From: Octopus vulgaris | Taxonomy: Eukaryota | Direction of reading: 5' to 3' | Length of the DNA stretch: 64,000 nucleotides | NCBI GenBank assembly: GCA_951406725.2 | Contig: OX597814.1 | Location: forward strand, 137,268,001 to 137,332,000 | Part shown: piece by piece, positions 34,618 to 46,706 of the stretch | Numbering within the stretch: the first letter of the stretch is position 1 | Layout of the letters: each line of letters begins with the position of its first letter | Position numbers and translations under genes: made by a program | Notes under the pieces: model-generated | The model's input: the letters and a program-made list of their open reading frames with translations, nothing else | Told to the model about the DNA's origin: nothing | Databases searched by the model: none

Positions 34618-37600
34618 AAATCCTGGAACAAGTTACTAATGCATATTTCAAGTAAAAGTTTTTACCAAGCCATCAGTTTCTAGTGATAATGTATAAAACC
34701 TGCATCATTTAGTACACTCAGTTAGAAATCACTAATTGTGGTTTTTACTCATTTCACCTTCTCCATTCATTTCCTTGGAAATATTGGGATTAAAAATATT
34801 CAGCTTTAGATACAAATATCAGAAAAGTATGCTATCACTACCAGTAATGTATGATATCACTATTAGTAATCAGATTTGTTTTACAATCTTTTTATATCCA
34901 AATGGCTGTATCAAGTTATTTTTGACGCAAAATTCATCTGATGAGGAATTGTCTGGTAAAAAATGGCATAATTTTTCATAAAGCAAATTTGTTGGCAAAG
35001 ATATTTTTAAAAACTTCATGAAGGTTATTTCTGGAAAGTGAAATCCTGTTCAGAAAATGTTTGCTATTTAGTATTACAGAATATTTTTTTGTGAAAAAAT
35101 GCAATCATCTCTTCTAAGTGTTGTTTCTATCTTTCTAGGGAAAAGATACCAGGCTTCATTCAATTCATTGCAAAGTTAAACTTAACCAATGCCACTGTTT
35201 TCATCATATAACACTGTTGTTAGCAAACTGCAGCTGTTTTTATATGAAGTTTGTTTGTCATTTATAAAATAATGATAAAGACAATACACTTTCTTTGGAA
35301 GTGTGTGTAAATAAATGCTATAAGAGAGCAATGCAACTGGGAGGAGATGGTGATGTGGAAAGTGGGTGCAGTAGGAATGAATACCATAAAGTTAAAAGTA
35401 ATTTTGTGGGGAAAATTTTCAATAAATAATGCACTACTTGGTTTGCCTATGTAATATATGAAATGTGTATAATAGTGTGTATAGATATGGGAATGTAAAT
35501 GTTTCGCTTTGCTTGTATAATAAACAGGGCTCTGTCTCCTCGGGCGTCTTCTAGTAAGTGACAATATGGCCAAGTCTTCATTAACCATAGTTATCTGAAA
35601 CACAGTAGGAGTCAAATGATACAGTATCAGCTCTCCAGATAAAGAGTTATTTTTATATCTCATGATGTGCATTGGGCAAGATGATGCACTTCTGTTCTGT
35701 TTACTTTGTGACAGCAAAACAAATAACAAAGCAAGTAATTAGGAAATGGAGGACAGCAGAAGTAAATGTTAACTCGTTAACATAGGCCAAATGATTGAAT
35801 GATCTTTGAGGAACTATTGTAAATGTAGACAAAATTTATTATTCTCCCTTGTAATGAACTTTATATATGAAAAATTACCATTGTTATATCTTATTTTCTT
35901 ATGTTTCTATGATGTATTTAATATGCCTTCTTTCTAGCAAAATATAAAATAAAATGATTATAGCACACGCACTATTTTTTATTAAAAACGGCTACTTTTT
36001 TGTAATATATTGGTGTACTTTTTTTTATTTGCTTCATTATTTCGCATCTCTTCTTTATGTCCAAGGATGCTTGCTTGTCTCAGATCAGATAGATGGAATC
36101 AGTGAGTAAAACGGCTACTGTTAATAGAGATAATGAAATGGAAATTACTTTCTTTTAGATGCACATTGTGAAGTTCCATGTGGTGGTGGTGCTCAGATTG
36201 AAGAATTTCATGTAATGTTTGATATGGATGTTAAAAGGCAAATAATTCCAAAAGAAAAGTGAGGAGAAAAGAGATGTGTGGTAAGAATAGGGTCAAATTG
36301 AAATGCTATGTCCTGAAAAAACAGTTAATTGTAGCAGTAGTTGCAGAGGTGGAGGAAGGATACAATATTAGGACAAAGAGTGAATGTTTTCATTAAAAGA
36401 AGGTTTATTAGTTAAGTTAGTGCAATACCTAGGCACAAGAATAGCATTTCATAAGAGTTATGTCTTGTATGGTAGAGGATAACACATGGAAAGGGTGAGA
36501 ATGAAGGAAAGAACTTGTTGCATAAGAATAAGGGGATGTAATATGTCAAAGAGGAGTGGTGCATTTTTAGAGGGAAGGGAAGAAAGAGATGAGCTGTGGA
36601 GAATAGCTTGACAGGGCAGTATGAGTGTAGGGACAATGCCCAGCTTGTACCAGCACAGACAAAATGCTTTTAGGACCTCATATTTGCCATTATGAATGGG
36701 TTTTCTCAATCACAGCAAATCACCAATCTTAACCCTTTATCATCTTTTCTTTGAGGCTTTGCATTTTGAGATCAGCCTTCACTACTCCATCCCATGTCTT
36801 CTTGGGTTTTCCTTTTGCACAAGTTCCATCCACTGTAAGTGGTTGACACTTCTTTATGCAGCTGTCCTCATCCATATGCATCACATGACCAAACTAGTGC
36901 AGTCTTCTCTCTTGAACAGATCTGATTCCTCTTATGCATAGTTTCTCTCTCAGCACATTAGCACTGTCATACATGCACATAGATATTACACATTCAACAG
37001 TCTCTAGTCTTCACATGTCCTCAGGACCCATGTCTCACTACCATGTAGTTTTTTTTTGCTTGTACACATGCATCATACAATTTGCCTTTCACTCAGATAC
37101 ATTTATATGATGTACTTTCATGCAGTTTCCATCAACCAAATTCACTCCCAAAGCATTGGTTGACCTAAGGCTATAAAAGAAGACACTTGCCCAAGGAACT
37201 GTGCAGTAGAACTGAACCTGAATAAAATGGTTGCAAAGCAAACTTCTTAACCACACAACCATGTCTGCATTGAAATATTTTTGGATAATTTTGTTTAATT
37301 GGATGACAGAACCATGTAACTAGTTCATTTTTTATATATGTAAGTAAAATCAAAGGATAAAAATAAAGATATTTATAATTCAAAAATTTGATTTATCAAA
37401 TTATATACAGGTGAAATAAATAAAAAGTTATGTAACTGTTTTCTTCACCATTCATAATAATGGTTTCATATTTTGGCACAGTTTTGGGGAAAGGGGTACA
37501 TCAGTTACATTGATCCCAGAGCTGAGTACTTAGATGTGTGAGAATAGATACATGTGAATCTTCTCAACATATATGTACACACACACACACACAAACATGT

Positions 37601-37855
37601 ATACACACACATGTACACAAACATACATATATGTAGGCACGTGTATATCATAGTTCTCAATAGAGTGGTTATATCACTCAAAGTATACAGTATTATAGAT
37701 CCATTTCAGACAAGCTAACCAGTAGGTTTTTCTCTGGCAATAAATAACCAGATAAGTAACACCACATACTGTTATCTAATATCTGATTATTTAATACCCA
37801 TAATACCCAGTGCAAAACTAATTATTTGTTAGATCAACTCACAAGTATCTTTTGT

Positions 37856-38414
37856 TCAGTCTGTCTCATTCTCCTCACTATGTTCACTCATGTACTGATC
37901 AACAGTATATTCTGAAAGTTTTTTGTCACTAGTATTTTTTTGCCTGAGGAGGCCCTTTAGAAATTTTTCATCTGGAATCTTAGCCTTTTTGATGTCATTT
38001 TCAACAAAAGCAAATTTTGAAGGTTCAGTTTGACGTTTCACCTTGTTGATGAGTCTAGTATAATTCAAGTCATAGACTTGATATGTAAATTGAGTTGTAA
38101 TGCTAGAAGAAATTTCATCAGAGTCTTCACTGGAATCTGACACAGGAGTCTTTTCTGTAGTAGCTGTATTTGAGTCATATTTAACTTCTAAATCATTGTC
38201 ATCAATTTGATTTTGCAAAGGCTTCTGTGTATCTTTGAGTATCACTTTTGGTTCAGACTTGAGAAAATCACAGTCTGAAGTTGATTTAAAATCAGTACCC
38301 ATATCGGCCTCTTTTAACAGTTTCAGTATCTTTTCGTAGTTTACACTGGACGTATCAGGCACAAATACAATTGGTGGGACGGTACCAACTAAATGGTAAT
38401 CAATCAGACGTTGT
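37856..38414 (-). CDS. RBFA: RBFA exon 5 (last coding)
   Basis: ttacag acceptor; QRLIDYHLVGTVPPIVFVPD...ADMGTDF; stop at 37856. Confidence 0.88.
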
Positions 38415-39123
38415 CTGTAATAATACAAAGAGTTTTGGAATTGTTATATGATATAAAACCAAACATTCAAATTGTTTTAAAGAAAAGCATGGGAGAATGT
38501 CTTTTACTCTAGCTTTGTGGGTGAAATTGGAGAGAGAGCAACATATTACAAAATATAGTCAATGAAATGTACCAGTTCTTAGATGAACATCACTACCTGG
38601 CTCTTAGGTGCCACTATGTTCAAAGCATTCATACTAAGTCCCTGTTTTGAGGATAATCATCATCATCGTTTAGCGTCCGCTTTCCATGCTAGCATGGGTT
38701 GGACGATTTTGACTGAGGGCTGGCAAACCAGATGGCTGCACCAGGCTCCAATCTTGATATGGCAGAGTTTCTACAGCTGGATGCCCTTCCTAATGCCAAC
38801 CACTCCGAGAGTGTAGTGGGTGCTTTTTATGTGCCACTGGCACGGGGGCCAGTCAGGCGGTACTGGCAATGACTGCACTCGAATCTTTTTATAGGTGCCA
38901 GTGAAGCAACAGTTTTTTTTACTTGCTTCAATCATTGGACAGTGTCCATGCTGTAACACTCCTTCATGAATTTAGTTAAACAGACTGACTCCAGTACTTA
39001 TATTTTTTTAAAGCCTGGTACCTGTTTTGATGGCCTTTTTTGCTGAAATGTTATGTTACAGGGATGTAAGCAAACCAACAAAGATTGTCAAGTCATGATG
39101 GAAGACACACACAAAGGCATACA

Positions 39124-39164
<41 letters not shown>

Positions 39165-42100
39165 GCACACACATGTAATGGGCTTCCACACATCCCCATC
39201 TGCTAAATTCACTCACAAGACACTTACTCAAAGTGCTGTGACTTAAAACTACATGGTTGCAAAGTGAGTTTCTTAAACACAGCAACACCTGCACCTTAAA
39301 GTGTATTTTTTCCCCCCACTTCTTCCAATAGTCTCAAAGGCCCTGCCAAAAGGTACGGCTACTATCCTTTCCTTCTCTAAGACTCAACCATCCAGAACCT
39401 ATGTCCAGATAGTGAAACACACCTACATATGACAAAGAATGTGGAAGAAATGAGAGAGAAGAACTCAGTGATGGAGCAGGGAACTATATTTTGAGTGATG
39501 TCAACCATTTAAGATTTTGATTTTATTGACTCAGTAAAAGAATCATGACTCATTTAAATGAATCTATGTGGCTCAGATATTTTCAATATTTCTTTCACTA
39601 ACCTCTAGCTGCCAAACTTGCATTTTAATGTCTTAAAGGTTATAAAGAATGGCTTTGAATTTCAGGGAAGAAGTTTAATATAATAAACTAAACTCATACT
39701 TGAATCTGTCTATCTTTCAACTTCTCAAAGATAAAAGGGAAATTTATCAGTATTTGAAGTTTCATTGTTAAAAACTTTGACTTAGAGAAATTCAACTATT
39801 TAGATAATGATTATTTTCTCCTTACAATGGGTGTAATTTTCATTAATTAAAATTTGTTGCCTCACTACATTAAGTATGTTAGCAACCATTTTACTATCTA
39901 ACCCCTTTCATCCAATTACAATTGGAAAAACATTTCACTGGTTAAGTACCTTCCACTGTCAGTTGGTATAACTTTTATACCAAAGATACATACATACTAT
40001 CACCACCACTCTTACTCCCAGCAGCAACAGCAGTAGCTGGTCTGCTTTGGTAAAACATCATAAACAATAAAAGAGCAGTAAAAGGTTACATGTTTTGCTT
40101 ACCTTATGGAATAAGATTTCTTGGTCAGCATTTCCTGAATAATATCATCTTTTTCTGTTCCTGTTGCCACCCAGTAAACAGTCACAGCTGTAAAGTCATT
40201 ATCAATCTTCACCTGTAAACAAATATTGATTTATTATTATTATTTTTTTTTTGATTTGGCATAAGGTTATGTTTTCTAAGGTTCTAAGTCAATTTAATAA
40301 AATCAATGGTAATTATTCTTACTTATTTTACTGTAATTTCTAGCATACATAGCAACATGATATATAGTGTAAGCATTCAAACTTCATCACTATCTTACCA
40401 AATCTTGCTGCATTTCACATGGAATTTTTGGTCCTGCAAATTCTTCCTGATGTATAAATAGACCTACCTTTTATTAGCTGTAAATTTTGACATGTTACCA
40501 GAAAATACAATTTTAACTTGGAGGAAGACCTATGTAGAACTATGCCAGTAAAAGAACAATATCCTCAGCCTTGTCTGAAAATCAATATCAAATCTTTACT
40601 TTGAACATGATATATTTGCCATGTGTTGCAAGAAGAAACTATCAACACTTTTACAAAGCATAAGAGATTATTTTCTTGTTTTTCCACCTGAGCTAAGTAA
40701 CCAGTTAAAAAATCTCACAGATTCATAAGGCTAATATTGACATCCAGTTCCTGGAGCATAAAGTAAAATAAGACAAATTTCCTATTGGGTAGGAACAAAC
40801 TACATTGCAGGAAATTTTCCCAAAGCAGACATAATTAAATGTGCTCTTTTTACAATGACACAGTAAACAAATGATTCTGAATGATCTTTGTTGTTTGCTT
40901 CCAGGCTTTTTGAAAAATATTACCTTGCTTGGAAACAAGAGATAGTTGGCAACAGAAAGGGCATCTAGCCATAAAACAAATCTGCCTCAACAAATTCTGG
41001 CTGACCCATGCAAGCATGTAAAAGTAGGCATTAAATGATGATGATAAATTTTAAGTTTTACACTTCAGTAAAACACACCCTATTTAACAAATGACATTAA
41101 AAAAGTTATTCAGTGCATTTCAGTAATAAAGAAAAGAATTTAGTTAAGAAAAATGAACTAACTTTAGAGATTTCAACATTTTCATTGATATTTTCATGGT
41201 CAAATTCAATAAGATCTGAAATATAGTGATAAAACACTTTGCTGATCTGTTCCAATCGTTTCTGCCTGACAGGATTAATTTTTTTCTTAGCAGGACCAAA
41301 AACGTTTGGAATGTTCTGGAATGAAGAAAAAGCAAACATGTTTATATATATATAAAACGGAGTTTGTGTGTGTGTGTATGTTCCTTATGGATTTGAAAAC
41401 TGGGTTGCTAATTTTGTCGTATGTGGTATCAAAGATTCAGTAAACTTTTGGCTACCAAATAAAGTATGTTTTTTGCACAACCACTCTTTCTTACTCCAAA
41501 AATAACCTCGGAAACGAGATTGGGTCAGAAAATTTTGAGGTCTTTAGCTAAGGGAAGCAACTCTGCCTGAACAATCTTTACATCTTAGAGTATGATGAGA
41601 AAATGTTTAAAATACATGGAGTTTTAGCAGGGAATGAAACTTTAAAGATATACAATCAACTTTATTAGTATTATTTAGTAGATAATCTTTTAATGTGAAG
41701 TATGTTTGTCTGTGTTTTGTTTAGCCTAGAGTTGCCTCTGATGTAGCAGACCCATCGCATAGTCTTTTTTTTTTGTTTTGTTTCTTCCTGAAATACTGTA
41801 AATCTACGTTTTTCTTTTCATGGAAGGGTGTGTTTTAAGAGAGATTTGGCTGCTATTTGTAGTAGCTCAAGTTACTGTAGAGACACCTGTGTGTGTGAGT
41901 GTGTGTGTGTGAGTGTGTGTGTGTGTATGTGTTTTGTTGTGAAAAAAATACTTTTTCTCAGAATGTTTTGCACAATAATTTAAGAAATTTAGACATCTTT
42001 CTTACTGCTAACCACTCAACTTCAAATTACAATTGTTAATTGTTAGAAATCAAGTAGACTGAGATGTACATAGAGTGTTATTGTATAGATTGGAAGTTCA

Positions 42101-45100
42101 ATAAGAAGTTTTGAACTCATTATCTTGTGGTTAGTAATCCATTGCCTTAAATTTGAAGCCATTAAGTCTTTAAAACATTATTTTACTGGGTTTAGTCTTT
42201 CGACTGTCACCATGACGAGTATCACCTTCAAAAATTTAATTGATCATACTGACCTCAGTACATATTTCATTCTGGCATTTATTTTATAGATCTCTGTTTG
42301 ATGAACTGCTAACTTTGAGACATAGTGGGACACAATACTCGATTTAACAACAAATGTAAATACATACACACACACATATTAGGTGCAAGAATGACTGTGT
42401 GGTTGAGAAGTCTGCTTCCCAACCACATGGTTCCACATTCAGTCTCTCTGCATGGTATCTTGGGCAAGTGTTGTCTACTATAGCCCTAGGCCAACAACAG
42501 ACTTGTGATTGAATTTGGTAGATGGAAACTACAGTGCTGTTCATCAGAAAATGACCAAAAAACATGTTTATAAAAAGACGTTCTTTGCTTCATACTCCTT
42601 GTGTGCCAATTCTGCCCATAAGAAAGGAACAGATAATACGATGTGGCTGTAAGTCATAACACCTAGGTAATGTCAGGATGCATTGCTAGTAGAATATATT
42701 CCAATATTCAAAACTTTTATTTAGTAAACACCAAGTATTTTATTATATTTGAAAATTCTAACTAACAGTGGTCAAAAATATATCATTAAGTTTGTTCATA
42801 TTTTTTATTTCAATCTCTGAAGAGATAAAATTATTTACTTTCAATCAGAATAGATACCACTAACCCTAATCCAATCTTTGGGAACATGCTACAGTATATG
42901 ATTCATGCCACAAAAGAGTAATCCATCTGACCCTGTCAGCTAAGTCCTTATCACTCAAAATCTAAGACATGGAAACAATTGTTCAATCCGGTCAGAGCCA
43001 ATCTCTAACACCTGCCAAACAATATCATTCTAAAAATAAATAGTCACATCATTGAAATTTGAAAGCTATGAGACAATGCATGATTAATTCAAAACAATCT
43101 TCTATGTTCAATCTGGTACTTATTTTATCAACCCCAAAAGGAGATGAAAAGCAAAGTCAACCTCGGTGGAATTTAAATTCAGAACATAAAGACAGGCAAG
43201 ATGCCACTAAGCATTTCGCTTGACTTGCTAACAATTCAGCCAACTTGCTGCCTTGATCCAGTCAAATAAGAACCCAATAAATTTCAGTTAGGATTCAGGA
43301 CTGAGTAAAGTATATCTATAACTTTAGTAGGGATGGTAAATAGTAATAATCAACAGAAACTTACCATTGAATAATGAATGGTTTTCTTTCTGAAATTAAA
43401 AGGAAAATCATATTTGTAAGAAGAAATAAAATATGAAAGCAGAAAAAAACGAAAATACACCTGTTTGATAGCCAAACTAAACAGCTATCTATACAAGCTG
43501 TTTCATGTCATGAAGTATTCTGTCAAGGTTTGTTGTTCCTCTTGGTATATATTTTGGCAATTGAGCCCATTGCTGTGGAGATTGGACATGTTCAATACCA
43601 CCTAGAGACATACTTTAACAAAAACTGAGGGATGCCTCACTCCCAGTGGTCTTCCAACACTGAAGACATGAACCTAGAATTTCTGAAGGCCTGTGCTATT
43701 ACTAGATAGTAGTTGACCCTACACTAGGTTCATCTGTCCCTTTGATAGGTCTTGTTTTTTTGTCCTGTTTGGTTTCTAGCAACCCTCCTCACCAGGCAAT
43801 CCTAGTGGGGGTGCCAATTGTGTGTGTGAGCTACACACTTTGTCCATTCATAATAGAATGCACATTCTTTTGAGAAATCAAAGTGGGGCTTAGGACAAAA
43901 AATGGTCGGCATGTATTGCTCTCCAGCAAAGATCACAGTGAGTACCAGCAGTAACCATCACAGACCTTGACTTCACAGATGATATAGTACTCATATCTAA
44001 TGAAACAGATCAAGTACAACAGCTGCTCAGCAGAGTAGAAACATCAGCTGTTAAAACAGAAATATACACAAATGTCAAGAAAATGGAATACATGTCTTTC
44101 AACCAACAAGTGATGCTGAACTGTTTGCTTTGTGTGGTTCCAAATTGAATATTGCTGAAGATTTCAAGTACTTAGGTGGTTGGGTGAGCAGTTTGTAAGC
44201 AGACATCAAGATCAGAAAGACACAAGCATGGACAGCCTGTTACAAACTAAAGAAGGTCTGGAACTCCAAATTGCCCAGGTAAATCAAAATCAAGCTGTTT
44301 ATTGCAACTGTCAAACCAGTGCTATTATATGGCTGTGAAACATGGACACTGTCAAAGAAATTATCAAACAGGCTAAAAGGATGCTATGAATTGCCCTAAA
44401 TATGAAATGGCAGCAACATATGACAAATGAATGCCTTTATGGACACTTGTCAAAAGTTAGTAAGAAAATCAGGCAATGATGGCTGTGACTATCTGATTAC
44501 TGCATGTGCAACCCTGAATTAGAGACATCCAAATTAGTCTTGTGGAACCCACTTCATGGTGATATAAGAAGAGGAAAACATTGTCTCATTTACATTGACA
44601 ACTTAATTACAGACACTGGCCTGGAATGTATCTAGGACTTCAAGGCAGTGAAAATGGACTGAAAAGTGTGGCAGGTAGGCTTTGTTGCTGCAGCCCATGT
44701 TGGAACCTGGCCATAATAAACAAGATATCACTACCCAATCTTCCTCAAATGCTACACTGCTGCATCTTAAAAATCCTTTATAGGAGCAGAACCAGAGAGA
44801 TGATATGTTAGAATCTTTCCCAGGGTTATTAGAGAAAATAAAAGTTGGAACTACCTGGAGTCGAAACATGTTTGGTTCCTCCAGCAGCATTACAGGTGCA
44901 TATTTTTCTAGGGAATAAAGTGCTGCTGGCCTTAACTCATAAGAGAGTATGATATGGTAACATATATCATACTTTCGTTAATTGTGCTGGGTGCATATGT
45001 GGTCGTGTGCAGATATAGACAACCCACTCTCCATTGTCACAGGGGTACATCCAGCAAGTGACAGCTGGAAGGAGGGTGAGCTGCACCAGCACACAGCTAG

Positions 45101-46018
45101 TATTCATTTACAAGTGAGTAAACTGGAGCAATGTGAAACGAAGTGCTTTGCACAGGGACACAACACGCCACCTCATGCGGGAATTGAATTTACGACTTTC
45201 CCGAACACCTTTACCACAAGGCAGTGCGCTTTCACTGTTGAATTAAGGAGTCTAGTCTTTAATTCGTGATTCTAGAAGTCTTTTTGATGTCTACGGCAGT
45301 ACTAAAATAGTTTAAGGTCCCTGAAAATAAATTACTTAAAATACAGATTTTTCAAATAACTAGATTTGTCTGACAGTTTTATATTGGGAATAAAAGTATT
45401 CTTTTTATGAGAAACAACAATTTTTGTTATATTTTAGTGAGTTATATATTACATTTTAGTTCGTATTCCAAACGAACAAAATTATAAGAGGAGTATAGTA
45501 AAAGAGCCATTACAATTCGCGTGGTACATTTTTACGGATGGCTATCTCTATCCCGGTCAAAGTGAGTAGGGAAAGGGTTCACAGCCAAGGTCGCAGAAAG
45601 CTTACATTTTAATTGGTTTGAAAAGAAACACCTTGTAGTTTGTTAGCCTGCAATTCTACTCCTGTTAGCATACAAAGCCTAGATCTGATAACAATTCCAC
45701 CAAGTTGCCATTGGAAAAGTACCGCTGTAGTTCTCAGTCCAGATAAGGGAACTACCACCTCGGAATGAAAAGACTGGGATACCGTTCTCTAGGTCTAAGG
45801 TCGACACTTCATTCAATGCGGTAACCAACTGCTGTTGATCAGTCGTCTACAGCAACAAAGATATAACGATGTAACTTTCCTTACCGTTTCCCTCCTTTGT
45901 TAATCATCTTCTGCAGGGTTTTTGATTTCATTAAATCTCTGTGGACACAAGAAAAATGAATTCCTTTGGATGTTTGAACTGAAATTCTCCTTATACAACT
46001 ACGGACGAAGAAAGACAT
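37856..46018 (-). CDS. RBFA: Mitochondrial ribosome-binding factor A, complete, 5 exons, 326 aa
   Basis: Exons 46018-45885, 43389-43365, 41315-41163, 40212-40103, 38414-37856 total 981 nt in frame. Arg/Ser-rich presequence-like N-terminus MSFFVRSCIRRISVQTS; RbfA core VEISKVKIDNDFTAVTVYWVAT...IRQRLIDYHLVGTVPPIVFVPD. Confidence 0.9.
38657..38900 (-). mobile_element. RTE 3' UTR fragment
   Basis: (CAT)n plus the common tail. Confidence 0.7.
40103..40212 (-). CDS. RBFA: RBFA exon 4
   Basis: tttacag acceptor, gtaagc donor; VKIDNDFTAVTVYWVATGTEKDDIIQEMLTKKSYSI. Confidence 0.88.
41163..41315 (-). CDS. RBFA: RBFA exon 3
   Basis: ttcattccag acceptor, gttagt donor; NIPNVFGPAKKKINPVRQKRLEQISKVFYHYISDLI...EISK. 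Confidence 0.85.
42381..42535 (+). mobile_element. tRNA-derived SINE head
   Basis: GGTGCAAGAATGACTGTGTGGTTGAGAAGTCTGCTTCCCAACCACATGG... same family as 9308 and 62400. Confidence 0.65.
43365..43389 (-). CDS. RBFA: RBFA exon 2 (25 nt), RKKTIHYSM
   Basis: ttttaatttcag acceptor, gtaag donor, phase 2-0 needed to join exons 1 and 3. Confidence 0.7.
43540..44700 (+). mobile_element. Degenerate, internally deleted RTE LINE
   Basis: TDLDFTDDIVL, EDFKYLGGW, KIKLFIATVKPVLLYGCETWTL in broken frames. Confidence 0.75.
45885..46018 (-). CDS. RBFA: RBFA exon 1
   Basis: ATG at 46018; MSFFVRSCIRRISVQTSKGIHFSCVHRDLMKSKTLQKMINKGGK; GTAAG donor, phase 2. Confidence 0.8.
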
Positions 46019-46520
46019 GCTTACAGTTGGTAGTAAGTCGCTTAAGCCCTTACATCAAACTGCAAAAGGAAATTATGGATTCGTTTCAACAATAAAAACA
46101 AACAAAGAAATAAAATCAATAATTAAAATATATACAGTAAAAACAAATTATTTCATTTCAGTAGATTTTTATATGATATATTCAGAAAAATAAGGCCCCT
46201 ACCCTCACTTCAATTTAGACTATTTTACAGGAATAAGGTTTAATGAGTAAGAATTAGTGATATTTTGGTCCTATAAACAGTTGACTCAATCAGTAATATT
46301 TAGAACTTATTCTAATGAAGAAATCCTGGGAAGGCATGGATAGTTGTGGTCAGGTGGGAAGGAAAAGCATAGTATTTTTTTAGCTTATGTTTACAATCTC
46401 AGCGAAGACTAATTTTTGAAGAGACGTATGTCAATGGGGAACACCGTTAGGTAATTGAGAGTTACGTCCCTTCATTAGTAAGTGCCAACAAACTTATTAC
46501 GTTCGAAACAGGACAGTGTG
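46019..46520. promoter_or_regulatory. Putative bidirectional promoter and 5' UTRs of RBFA and TCF25
   Basis: Divergent start codons separated by only 502 bp; no obvious repeat in between; CpGs retained around both first exons. Confidence 0.65.
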
Positions 46521-46706
46521 ATGTCTAGTCGTGCTCTTCGTCGACTTCAAAAGGACAATATCCCTGTTCTTATCAATGACAGTGGCGACGAGAACAATTA
46601 CAGTAACAGTGAGAAGGAGTTAAACAATGAGGATTATCTTCTGAAACCACGCGCACGCAATAAAAACAAGAAAAAGAAAGAATTCGTTGGTAATCGTTTC
46701 GATTTG
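46521..46706 (+). CDS. TCF25: TCF25 exon 1
   Basis: ATG 46521, MSSRALRRLQ...GNRFDL, gtaaag donor. Confidence 0.9.

Noticed and set aside
34930-34960. CTGATGAG core-like word
   Set aside because: No stem II or GAAA follows.
35262-35729. 155-aa minus-strand ORF as a gene
   Set aside because: Non-ATG start, no recognisable domain or splice chain; probably CENP-T 3' UTR or intergenic sequence.
42860-42869. CTAACCCTAA as telomerase RNA template
   Set aside because: Isolated 10-mer in AT-rich intron; no pseudoknot or H/ACA context recognised.
43600-43830. HDV-like ribozyme in an RTE 5' UTR
   Set aside because: Hairpins are present but I could not assign the nested double pseudoknot in this decayed copy.
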